This document shows, piece after piece, positions 1 through 10,758 of a stretch of 64,000 nt of DNA. The notes beneath the pieces are model-generated. The model did not search any database, had not been told where the DNA came from, and saw nothing but the letters and a program-made list of their open reading frames with translations. Origin of the DNA: Octopus bimaculoides (lineage: Eukaryota); NCBI RefSeq assembly GCF_001194135.2, contig NC_069004.1:12053902-12117901 (forward strand), in the 5' to 3' direction. A program made the translations under genes and the position numbers. Every line of letters starts with the position of its first letter. Positions within the stretch are counted from its first letter, which is position 1.

Positions 1-188
1 AAACAAGTACAGACAAAGGGATTAAGTCGATTACATCAACCCCAGTGCGTAACTGGTACTTAATTCATCGACCCCGAAAGGATGAAAGGCAAAGTCGACC
101 TCGGCGGAATTTGAACTCAGAACGTAAACGCAGACAAAATACCGCTAAGCATTTCGCGCGGCGTGCTAACGTTTCTGCCAGCACGCCG
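1..188 (-). mobile_element. tRNA-derived SINE, family B (cut by window edge)
   Basis: Reverse complement matches the 31009-31236 copy (gcttagcggtatt...ttctgagttcaaattccgccgaggtcgactttgcctttcatcc); B-box-like gagttcaaattcc; more than 10 copies in window. Confidence 0.85.
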
Positions 189-190
189 CA

Positions 191-225
191 CAGCAAGCTT
201 CTTACCACACAGCCACACTTGCGCC
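191..225 (-). mobile_element. SINE family A 5' head fragment
   Basis: cagcaagcttcttaccacacagccacacttgcgcc is the reverse complement of the family A head seen at 36760. Confidence 0.7.
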
Positions 226-934
226 TATGTGTTTGGTAAACTTTGTCATAGTCTATGATAGGGACGAAGAGAGAGAGGAAGATATGTAACAGGTCTCACA
301 TGTCAGGTTTAACATCATCCTCTAATCCTTGGGTACTTTTTAGGGGACTTTTTGGTGGTAGGGTTAACATGACACCCTGTTTAATGTAATCTCATGTTTT
401 CTTTTATGTCTTTTAACTGGGTGAACTCTTTTGCAAATATTTAACCCCTTTTGTCTCCATATTTCCCCCCCCCCGTTGACATTCACTGCCATTGTTTCAG
501 ATACTTCAGTAGGGATGGTGGGAGGAAAAGAGGTGGGTGCTTTGGCTGGGTATATGTGGGTGGGTGGTAGTGGTGGTGGTGGTGGTGGTGGTGGTGAGGG
601 AACTAGCTTGCTAATTCATGGAAGTTAGGGGTTGCCATTGTGGTAGCGGTGGTGGAAGAAGCTGGTAGAGGATGGACCAAAATTCCTTCACAAAATAAGT
701 TCAATATGTTCTGGAATTGTCAGAGACCCGCTTCAGTTTTTCTAAAAGTGAATATAATGAATAAAATAATGGTGAATACACAAAGTACTTGTACATAACG
801 AACAAACTGAATAATGATGATAATAATGGTTTAAAATTTTGTGGGGTTTTTTTTTCTTTTCCATGTTATTTCGCATGCTTTCAACGAACGTGACATCAAA
901 ATCATGTGTAAACAGCTCCTTTCCCCAGAAAAGG

Positions 935-1054
935 AAAGATTTGGCTGCTATTTTTTTGCATGCCCTGCTACCACTTACCAGGTATTTCAGGTCCTTTATT
1001 GCAAATAACTGTTACATGGTAGCAGGGCATGCTAGAAATAGCAGCCAAATCTTT
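935..1054. repeat. Fold-back inverted repeat (38-39 bp arms)
   Basis: 935-973 versus 1017-1054 are reverse complements apart from 2 mismatches and 1 indel; arms carry the dispersed motif ggctgctatttctagca. Confidence 0.85.
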
Positions 1055-2359
1055 GGCGGTGAGATACGTTGAATGCACTTGAAAGAAACCTATAGGAAAA
1101 AAACTATTTCACGCCAAGGTTACAAATGGGACTTTTATGAAATATCGTATTTTTAAAGTCATTTTCACTTAGACACATTATGAAAGACAAAATATTTTTA
1201 ACAGAAAGGTTAGAGTTTCTTCCCTTTCAGAGTGAGTTATTTTTGCACCATTTTGGGTATTTATACCCCAAAACCCCAAATATTTCAATAACCACTGGTC
1301 TGGTTTACGCGAAACTTGTTTTATTTCGTTTATATTCACTTTTCAGGGGCACTTTACTTTGAAAGTATTTTCCCATTATGCACAAGTTTAGCTGTGTAAC
1401 ATTGCAAGCAAGCAAGCAAGATTAAACTTCATTTTTAATGTATTATAGATAATAATGAGGATGATAATAACATACGTCATAATAATTGATGATGATAATA
1501 ATGATATAGTATAAAAACGTCAAATGTTTTGGTGAGTGACTTTTGGCTCACTCTGTATTGATGTTGTATCTCTTGGCTGCATCAGACTTTACCAATCAAC
1601 TGGTTGGTCCTTTCTGGATAGGCAGGCCAAGATGTTTGCATCATCATCATCACCAGCTGCAGGGCTACATCAAGTAAGGGAAGCAGTCCTTGTGTATAAC
1701 TCTTCTACTCTCTCTCTCTGTCTCTCTCTCTCCCTTTCTGCCACCAACTATCAGACTCTTTCAGTATAGTTCTCCTCCACCACGTTTGTTACAGCTTAAG
1801 GAAAGAAAGGTCAGCATTCATAACCTTTTTAGAGAAGGAAGGTCAAACTCATGACCTTAGAAGGATGTCAGAAAGGGCCTGGAGGTAAACCTTAAAAAAT
1901 AGGAGAAACTGAAAATATTGAGATACATTTGGACCAGAATTCTTGCCACAGAATGGATTCTTCAAAAGGTACCCTAAATGCCAATTGGTGATGTTAAATT
2001 GGGAAACAGATTAATAATTCTACATGTAAAACTCATTAGCAAGACAATTAAGCCTAATTAATAATTATATATGTAATAAAAGGTTATTGTAAGTATTTTA
2101 GTAATCCATACTTTAGCAGACATAGTGACGATGGTGTAGCAGTAATGCAGAAACATGAAACAAGTTTTCTAGTTTTAATTTTTGACTCAGCAAAAATAGA
2201 AAACAAAGATGAAATAAATTCATTATTGAAAAAAATAAACAAAAAAAAAATCTTTTTTAATGAGGTTCAGGAATTATTTAGACTGAAGAGGGGGGGTTTA
2301 GTTATGAATTCTCATCAAAGGATTTCTTTTTAACTCTAAAACTAACCTTTTGTTTTAAT

Positions 2360-2613
2360 TATATATACATATATATATATATATATGTTTGTGCATGTAT
2401 GTATTTATATAAGTGCATATGTGTATTTATGTATATTTGCGTGTGTATTTACATATATGCGTGTGTGTATTTATATAAATGTGTGTGTGTGTGTGTGTAT
2501 TTATATATATATGTGTGTGTATATTTGTGTGTGTGTATTTATATGTATATATGTGTGTGTGTATTTATATATATATATGTGTGTGTATTTATATATATGT
2601 GTGTGTATGTATT

Positions 2614-2644
<31 letters not shown>

Positions 2645-2657
2645 ATTTATATATATA
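2360..2657. repeat. Compound (TA)n/(TG)n microsatellite, left half
   Basis: Repeated gtgtgtatttatatat units; the same unit resumes at 3451. Confidence 0.95.
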
Positions 2658-3450
2658 CTAGCTGGTGTACCCGGTAATTTCCTGGGGGTAAAGATGAGTA
2701 TAAAAGTGATGTTGTCTGCAAAAATTAGAAATTGGACACAGAAAATTAATATTCAAAGTAATTGAACATAAACAATGAAATCTGTAAAATATTTCTAAAT
2801 TTGATGGCTCAATTATTTTCGTGAAAGTATTGTATGAACTGTAAATAAGCAATAAATATTATGATTTGTAAAAAAAGTATAAGTGATACAGGATGTCCCA
2901 ACTGAATGTAGTATGGAAGATTGGTTTCGTTTTTTAAGAATTTTAAGTATTCAAAGTATGAGTTCATTGTATTGGGACACACTTATTAAATAGGTTCTGG
3001 AATCAAAAATTTATGTAGTGTCATCGAAAAATTTTAACTGGAAAAATGCAGAATTATCGGAGTTATGGGCTTTGAAAGTGTACATGCATCAAGAAAATGC
3101 AATAATCAGGTTTAGCAGTTGAAAACTGAGTAGTAAAATGCAGAATTAGGTCCACTGATCGTGAGAATCAAATATTGATTGCTTCACTAAAAACTAACAA
3201 CTGTAAGTGCAGATGCTATGGGTTATTTCCCTTGGGTGTTTAAAAAAATTAGTTATATAATGTAGGTATAAAGATCCCTTCCAGGGGCCATATCATCGAT
3301 ATTTTTCAACAATCTAAGTATGTCACTAGGTTTCCAGATATGAGTTCTACTCTCGTGTCAAGTTTCATGAAAATCAATAAAACGATGTAGGAGGAGTTAG
3401 CTAACAATGCCACAAACAAACACACACTGGTTTTCCACATATGTAGTAGA
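2658..3450 (-). mobile_element. Non-autonomous Helitron-like element
   Basis: Minus strand reads A|TCTACTAC at 3450 and ends imperfect hairpin (cccagg-aaatta-ccggg) + 8 nt + CTAG|T at 2658; A|T target, no TSD; splits one microsatellite. Confidence 0.7.
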
Positions 3451-3637
3451 TGTGTGTGTGTGTGTATTTATATATATATATGTGTAATTATATATATGTG
3501 TATTTATATATATGTGCATGTGTGTATTTATATATATGTGCATGTGTGTATTTATATATATATGCATGTGTGTATTTATATATGTGTGTGTGTCTGTATA
3601 TATGTTTGTAGGTGTGTGTGCATTTATATATGCTTGC

Positions 3638-3676
<39 letters not shown>

Positions 3677-3690
3677 GATAGCTAGATAGA
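3451..3690. repeat. Compound (TA)n/(TG)n microsatellite, right half
   Basis: Same unit type as 2360-2657. Confidence 0.95.
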
Positions 3691-4488
3691 TGGACAAGGT
3701 GACTGTAAAATCTAGATACATAGGCTAAATTTTCAGCATAGTTTCCACTGTTAGTGATGCAAGGTTTAATAGACTTTGCAAGATTCAAACGAACCTGATG
3801 CAGTAAACTCTTCATTTCCATCAATTGGAATAGATTCATTCCTTCGGATGATTCATAAAAATCTATGATTTTCTCTGAGTACACCTCCTCCAGCAACCCC
3901 CAGAAAATAAAGTCGAGGGGACTTCAATCTGGATGATGCATGAGGGAAGTCAGAAGTGTTGACATGCCCGAATCAGAGGAGATGATTTTTATCAATTTTT
4001 GGCAAAGTGTTGGTTATAGCATACTCAAGAGATTATATGGTGTTATGGCAGTGTTGTTTGACCTCTCTCTCAACTATACTTCAAACTCCATTGATGAATA
4101 GTATTTTCAACATGGTTTCTACTATTAGAGTTGCAAAGTTTGATACGTGCAAGGTTCACATGCACCTGATTTCCATTCATTCATGATGCATTCCTTCAGA
4201 TAATTCATATCTATGATTTTCATTGAGTATTACCCTTCTCCTTCAACATACCCCAGAAAAATAAATCAAAGGTATTAAAATCTGGATGATGCATGAGAAG
4301 GTCAGAAGTGTTGATATGCCTGAATCCAATGAGATGATTTTTATCAGTTTTTGGCAAAGTGCTGGTTATGGTGAACTCAAGAGATTGTATGGTGGTATGG
4401 AGATGTTGTTTGACCTCTTTCTCGACTATGCTCCAGCTCTATTACATAATAGTCCAACTACATTGATGAATAACTTTTTCAACATGGT

Positions 4489-4790
4489 GAAGTATATTTG
4501 CCACTTAAATGTGGCTGACCCCTAAGGGTGGAGTCGTACGCTGAAGACGGGAAAATACCCAGAAACTCGAGTCCGTACGTATCGCAGATCAAGATGGGAA
4601 AGCTAACTTCCCTTTGCAAATATAGACAGGACACAGATGTGTGTCGATAGCCAGCTGGAGGAGATGTTCTCCTGGGGCTAAAAGCAACAGTAACATCCAC
4701 CCTTAGGCGTCAGCCACATTTAAGTGGCAAATATACTTCACTTTATCGTGCAGTTACTGTTAATACCTCGTTCAGAGATTTAACATTGTT
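4489..4790 (+). mobile_element. Hammerhead-bearing non-autonomous retroelement (Penelope-like/retrozyme candidate)
   Basis: 14-bp TSD tttttcaacatggt at 4475-4488 and 4791-4804; the neighbouring tandem unit (~4105-4120) has the empty site; 46-bp inverted repeat 4487-4532 / 4696-4741 (45/46). Confidence 0.75.
4535..4579 (+). ncRNA. Minimal type I hammerhead ribozyme
   Basis: CGTACG-CTGAAGA-C.GGG.AAAATA.CCC.A-GAAAC-TCGA-GTC-CGTACG: 6-bp stem I, intact CUGANGA and GAAA core, palindromic stem III ACTCGAGT, predicted GUC cleavage after 4573; C.A mismatch at the base of stem II. Confidence 0.8.
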
Positions 4791-5366
4791 TTTTTCAACA
4801 TGGTTTCTACCATCAGAGATTAAAGTTTGATACACTTTGCAAGATCCAAGTGAGCTCAATTCAGCTACTACACATTTCCATCGCTTTGAGCACATTCATT
4901 CATGATGTATTCCTTCTGGTGATTCGTACCTGTAATTTTCATTGAGTACACCGTCTCCTTCAGTATACCCCAGAAAAAGAAATCAAGGAGACTAAAATTT
5001 GGTTGGTGAATGAGGAAATCAGATATGCTGAGATGCCTGAATCAGATGATTTTTACCAATTTTTACCATAGTGCTGGTTATGGTGAACGCAGGAGATTGT
5101 ATGGTGTTATGGGGGTGTTGATTGGTATATAATGTTCTTAAAAATCGTGGTAGAGACCTTGGTCTCTGGACCACTCACGTCTAGAAACTGAGGTTGGGCG
5201 TAAGCTATGAAAATGCCTCATGATAATAGCAAAGGAGAATGGGCACCAGCCAGCCCAAAGGTTGGGGTGGATTGCACCTGCCTACCATTCATTCTGCTGA
5301 AGAAAAGACAAAAAGAAACAAAAGTATTAGTGATGTTTCCCATGTATCCATACTTTATGGGCTCCC

Positions 5367-6925
5367 TGTGTGTGTGTGTGTGTGTGTGTGTGAATATAGT
5401 TGTGTGTGTGAATATAGTTGTGTGTGTGTGAATATAGTTGTGTGTGTGTGTGAATATAGTCGTGTGTGAATATAGTAGTGTGTGTGTGTGTGTGTGNNNN
5501 NNNNNNNNNNNNNNNNNNNNNNNNNNNNNNNNNNNNNNNNNNNNNNNNNNNNNNNNNNNNNNNNNNNNNNNNNNNNNNNNNNNNNNNNNNNNNNNNNNNN
5601 NNNNNNNNNNNNNNNNNNNNNNNNNNNNNNNNNNNNNNNNNNNNNNNNNNNNNNNNNNNNNNNNNNNNNNNNNNNNNNNNNNNNNNNNNNNNNNNNNNNN
5701 NNNNNNNNNNNNNNNNNNNNNNNNNNNNNNNNNNNNNNNNNNNNNNNNNNNNNNNNNNNNNNNNNNNNNNNNNNNNNNNNNNNNNNNNNNNNNNNNNNNN
5801 NNNNNNNNNNNNNNNNNNNNNNNNNNNNNNNNNNNNNNNNNNNNNNNNNNNNNNNNNNNNNNNNNNNNNNNNNNNNNNNNNNNNNNNNNNNNNNNNNNNN
5901 NNNNNNNNNNNNNNNNNNNNNNNNNNNNNNNNNNNNNNNNNNNNNNNNNNNNNNNNNNNNNNNNNNNNNNNNNNNNNNNNNNNNNNNNNNNNNNNNNNNN
6001 NNNNNNNNNNNNNNNNNNNNNNNNNNNNNNNNNNNNNNNNNNNNNNNNNNNNNNNNNNNNNNNNNNNNNNNNNNNNNNNNNNNNNNNNNNNNNNNNNNNN
6101 NNNNNNNNNNNNNNNNNNNNNNNNNNNNNNNNNNNNNNNNNNNNNNNNNNNNNNNNNNNNNNNNNNNNNNNNNNNNNNNNNNNNNNNNNNNNNCATGTAT
6201 CCATACTTTATGGGCTCCCTGTGTGTGTGTGTGTGTGTGTGTGTGAATATAGTTGTGTGTGTGAATATAGTTGTGTGTGTGTGAATATAGTTGTGTGTGT
6301 GTGTGAATATAGTCGTGTGTGAATATAGTAGTGTGTGTGTGTGTGTGTGAATATAGTAGTGTGTGTGTGTGTGTGAATATAGTTGTGTGTCTGTGTGAAT
6401 ATAGTTGTGTGTCTGTGTGACTATAGTTGTGTGTGTGTATATAGTTATGTTTGTGTGTGTGTATATATAAATATAGATGTTTATGTATGTGTGTGTATAT
6501 ATATATAGATATGTTTCTGTGTATAAATATAGATATGTATGTGTATATATATATATATAGATATGTTTGTGTATGTATGTATGTGTGTGTGTATAAATAA
6601 ATATAGATATGTGTATGTATGTGTATACATAAATATAGATATGTGTATACATAAATATATATGTGTGTGTATGTGTATACATAAATATAGGTATATGTAT
6701 GTATGTGTATACATAAATATAGATATGTGTGTGTATGTGCATGCATAAATATAGATATGTGTATGTATGTGTATATTTAGAGATGTGTATATATGTATGT
6801 GTATATGTATGCAAATGTATGGAAATATATATCGTATATGTTATGTGCGTATATATGCGTATGTATGTGTATATATGCGCATGTTTGTGTGTGTGTGAGA
6901 GAGTATATGTGTGTGTGTGTGTGTG
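5367..6925. repeat. (TG)n / gtgaatatagtt / (TA)n satellite tract spanning N-gap 5497-6193
   Basis: Directly visible; 6194-~6345 repeats 5341-5496 across the gap. Confidence 0.95.
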
Positions 6926-7459
6926 CAATTGCGAGCTACCAAAGTAGTTAAGCTGTGAAAATTCTAATATTTGGTAAGTGAAACAATCAGATAAAATTAT
7001 TGAAACAAAAGGTCTTTATACAATCCCATAAACCAACAGTAAATAATAACATCTTGGCAACCCTGTACAGTGTGTGTGTGTTTATACAGTGTTGGGTGGA
7101 GAGAAAAAACTACAACCTGCATTGTTGCACTTGTAAAAAGAATTAAGATTGTCTGTTTGTCTGTCTCACTGTTTGTGTGTTTCAACACACTACGATATTT
7201 TGTCTCTTCAAAAATGACAAGCGATTCTAAACCCAAAGATTTCAAGATGGAAATCTGCTGACTGAAATATTTCTAGAACCAAGAAAGACTATTCCATTTT
7301 TGTTGATGGCATTTACATATTCTCCAAGATACATGCACACACACAAACACATACACGCGTATGCATGAGCACACACACACACACACACACTATATGTCCC
7401 TACATTATTCTGAAATAATGGTTTGGTTTTACATGGCATTCACTAATTATCGTTACTAA

Positions 7460-7640
7460 GGCGGTGAGCTGACAATCATTAACATGCTGGGCAAAATGCG
7501 TCTGTCTTCATGTTCTGAGTTCAAATTCCACCAAGGTTGCCTTTCCTCCTTTCAGGGTTGATAAAACAAGTAGCAGTTGAGTACTGGGGTTGATGTAATT
7601 GACTTGCACTGCACCCCAAACTTGCTGGCCTTGTGCTAAG

Positions 7641-7642
<2 letters not shown>
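7460..7642 (+). mobile_element. SINE family B, diverged
   Basis: ggcggtgagctg...ttctgagttcaaattccaccaaggttgcc...cttgctggccttgtgc. Confidence 0.8.
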
Positions 7643-7688
<46 letters not shown>

Positions 7689-7689
7689 G

Positions 7690-7980
7690 TTCAGTAGTTT
7701 TATTTTTATAACGTGCTTTCACTTCACTACCGAGCGCAGCTCTGTGCGCCTTGGGTATGTGCTGTGGTTTGCTGTGGTGCTCTTATGTTTACTGTACTGA
7801 AAGTGTTTTGCGTAGAATGTGTGCAGTACCCAGTAGTGCAATTTTCTGTATGTTATATATATTTGTAGGTCCTGGTATTTTTGTTATGTATTTGTCTGAA
7901 TATTTTTTTATTATACCTAAGGCACCTACTCTTCTTCGTATTTGTTAGGTAGATTGATTTCTTGTTTGTATTTGTCAGCT
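7690..7980 (-). mobile_element. 3' end of an RLE-type non-LTR retrotransposon (R4/Dong/HERO-like)
   Basis: Minus translation VGALGIIKKYSDKYITKIPGPTNIYNIQKIALLGTAHILRKTLSVQ*, then 3' UTR and (TAA)n tail at 7645-7688. Confidence 0.8.
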
Positions 7981-7987
7981 TCCTTAA

Positions 7988-8020
<33 letters not shown>

Positions 8021-8022
<2 letters not shown>

Positions 8023-8320
8023 GTGATGAAACTCACAGCTTATTTTGCTGGGTATGATGGAAAGTGTCAGCTGTCCACAGCCAGCAGACTAAGGTGACAC
8101 TTGTTTATCGATCATGCTTCAAGAACCCTGGGAAGAATTCTTGCAGTTCCAAGCAATGCTGATTTTTGTAGGTGTTCTACCTTCACATTTGTATCAATCT
8201 TTTTGAGGCATGTTGGTAGTTGAGTGCTGATATTTCCAAGTGCACCAATTACTGTTGGTATCACATCTACTCTCTTCATTGACCACAGCCTTCGTATTTC
8301 CCACTTCAAATAGTTGTAGT
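8021..8320 (-). mobile_element. 3' end of a second RLE-type non-LTR retrotransposon
   Basis: ORF 8112-8387: YNYLKWEIRRLWSMKRVDVIPTVIGALGNIS...LQKSALLGTARILPRVLEA; (TAA)n on both sides. Confidence 0.85.
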
Positions 8321-8372
8321 TGTTTATTTTTTCTTTATTATTATTATTATGAGAAGTACCTGTATTTCTAAG

Positions 8373-8530
8373 AGCCAGCCGTGTCACACTGAATCTATCT
8401 CCCTGAGAACTACATTAAGGGTACATGTGTCTGTGGAATGCTCAGCCTCTTGCACATTAATTTCACAAGCAAGCTGTTCTGTTGATTGGATCAACTGGAA
8501 CCCTTGTCTTCGTAACTGACGGAGTGCCAT
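8373..8530 (+). mobile_element. SINE family E, 3' part
   Basis: Matches 27350-27473 (gagaactac.ttaagggta...aatttcac.agc..gctgttc.gttgat). Confidence 0.75.
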
Positions 8531-9070
8531 TGTACTATGTAAATCTGTGCAATCTTACAGGCTGTGTATTTTGTATTGTGTTAAACTCTTTAGCCGTGTT
8601 TTAATGTCTCTAGCTGTGTATATCATACTATATAAATCTTGTGTAATCTTACAAGCTGTGTATTTTGTATTGTGTTAACCTCTCTATCTGTGTGTGTGTA
8701 TTATACAGTGTAAACCCAGACTGTGTTACCTCTCTACCTGTGTGACCTCTAGCTATGTTTATTGTCCTATATAAACCTAACTGTTAATATGTCTGTGTGT
8801 ATTGTACTGTATAAATTTCTGATTAATTTCTGAAACCATTTACCAAATAAACCAGCTGGAAGCCATTAGTTTTGTTATAATCAACATTGATCTCTACTAA
8901 TTGTTCTACTCTTAACGAGTCTGTTAATTGACGAACAATGTAAAACATTGCTGGTATTTCTTGATGTTTTTATTTTTAGATTATTATTATTATTATTGTT
9001 ATTTTAGTTGTTGTTTTTAACTATAACATGTAGGTTTGTACTGCGCCACTGTTGCTCCCTCCTCTTCCAT

Positions 9071-9131
9071 ATCCCTGCACCTATGTGCCCCTGCACCTCC
9101 GTGCCCCTGCACCTCTGTGCCCCTGCACCTC
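9071..9131. repeat. 16-bp minisatellite, about 4 units
   Basis: ccctgcacctctgtgc units in tandem. Confidence 0.85.
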
Positions 9132-9478
9132 TAGTGTTTATTCTCTTTCAGGAATATATAGCTGTGTTTCTTACATCAGTTTCTCTTTGTTGTGGCTTTT
9201 TTGATGTTGTTGTTGTTGTTGTTGTTTGTGGTGTTAATCTGTTGCATAGATCATATCTAGTGTCAAGTGTGTTGTTTTGTTGTTTGGTGGTTGTGTTTGA
9301 TGGCTGATGTGTTTGATCGTGTTTGAGGTTGTGTTGGATGGTGATTGTCTATTCTGAAAAACAGTCACAAGAGAGGTAAGCCCTCTTTATTGCACACCAA
9401 CACCTTTCAAATCAATTCCATCACAAATTATTACTACTATTTCTTCTATTAATATTGTACTGCCACTGCTTCTGCTGA

Positions 9479-9516
<38 letters not shown>

Positions 9517-9559
9517 GTAGTAGTAGTAGTGTTAGTAGTGGTAGTAGTAGTGCATGCTT

Positions 9560-9782
9560 TATTAGTTAGCTGGGATGTTATCTTGAAGTTTGGTTGCAAA
9601 ATGTCTCCTCCAATCTTGAGAATCTTTCTTAGAATTCTTGCAGAATTTAAGATTGCACTTTTCTGCAGGTCGGCTATGTGTGTCTCAGTTCCAATATCCT
9701 TCAATCTCTTGGGTAGCATTTGGAGTGTTGTGCCAATTGCACTAATTACCACAGGAATAACTGTTGTCTTAATCTTCCACAA
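9560..9782 (-). mobile_element. 3' end of a third RLE-type non-LTR retrotransposon
   Basis: ORF 9387-9782: WKIKTTVIPVVISAIGT...DLQKSAILNSARILRKIL, running into a (TAC/TAG)n tract; 5' side abuts SINE D. Confidence 0.8.
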
Positions 9783-9786
9783 AGAA

Positions 9787-10121
9787 GGTGCATGGCTCAG
9801 TAGTTAGAGCGTCGGGCTCATGATCATGAGGTAGTGAGTTCAATTCCCAGACTGGGCTGTGTGTTGTGTTCTTCAGCAAGACACTTTATTTCACGTTGTT
9901 CCAGTTCACTCAGCTATAGAAATGAATTGCAACATCACTGGTGCCAAGCTGTATCGGCCTTTGCCTTTCCCTTGGATAACACCGGTGGCATGGAGAGTGG
10001 AGGCTGGCATGCATGGGTGACTGCTGGTCTTCCATAAACAACCTTGCCTGGACTTGTGCTCCAGAGGATAACTTTTTAGGTGCCATTCTATGGTCATTCA
10101 TAACCGAAAGGGGTCTTTACC
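9787..10121 (+). mobile_element. tRNA-derived SINE, family D, full length
   Basis: A-box-like tggctcagtagttagagc and B-box-like gagttcaattcc; body matches 25735-26068 and 40140-40475. Confidence 0.9.
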
Positions 10122-10549
10122 CTCTTACCCTAGTTTTCCACAATCTCTTCAACTCTGTGGCTAGATCCTGATATTTTTCAATTTCTTTTTTTTTTTTTCT
10201 TTGATTTTTCACTTTCTTATATGCTATTGTAAAGTCTTCCACTGTTTATTTATTTTGTCCTCTATAATCACCAACCGAAGCTGCTGTGTAGTGCAATTGA
10301 CCTGGAAACCCAGGGATGTGAAACAGCCTCCTTTACTACAATGAGCCATGTCTACACGTCAACATTTTTGCTTGTGATTCCTTCAAAGAAGGACACAAAA
10401 TTGTAAGTGCTGGAGGGAGGCTCAACTGTTGAATCAACTTCAATAAATAAATTGAAGCTTATTTTACGGGTTTAATACACTCAGAATAAAATATATGCAC
10501 TAGTGGACTTTTGACCATGTCATTGTCTCCTTGAGGGATGGAACTAAGT

Positions 10550-10758
10550 ATCGGTTTCAAATTGTGGCACAAGGCCAGCAATTTCAGGGTCAGTTACATC
10601 AACCTCAGTATTCAACTGGTACTTATTTTATTGACCCTGAAAGAATGAATGGCAAAGTTGACTTCAGCAAGATTTGAACTCAGACCATAAAGATGGATGA
10701 TATCTCCTCCTAAGCATTTTTCCCAGTGTGCTAATGATTCTGCTAATTTACCACCTTA
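10550..10758 (-). mobile_element. SINE family B, diverged
   Basis: ggcaaagttgacttcagcaagatttgaactcag core. Confidence 0.75.

Larger units (their letters stand above)
3740..5125 (-). pseudogene. Three tandem decayed ~360-bp Tc1/mariner-superfamily transposase C-terminal fragments
   Basis: Minus-strand translations: HPD*SPLDFIFWGLLEEVYSEKI, HPDFNTFDLFFWGMLKEK and PNFSLLDFFFWGILKETVYSMKI, matching the SPDLxPxDFxxWGxLKxxVY motif; stops and frameshifts present. Confidence 0.75.

Noticed and set aside
2887-2985. Possible tiny Tc1-like MITE (tacaggatgtcccaa...ttgggacac)
   Set aside because: Only an 8-bp inverted core matches.
5218-6928. Very long ORFs (328-533 aa) and similar [12 protein letters not shown] ORFs at 20299-21126, 46108-47062 and 63096-63575
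   Set aside because: They are translations of dinucleotide microsatellites and/or N-gaps, with no coding signal.
9787-9860. tRNA-like heads (also 25735, 27147, 36760, 40140) as tRNA genes
   Set aside because: They have A/B-box-like motifs but no complete cloverleaf, and each continues into a shared SINE body.
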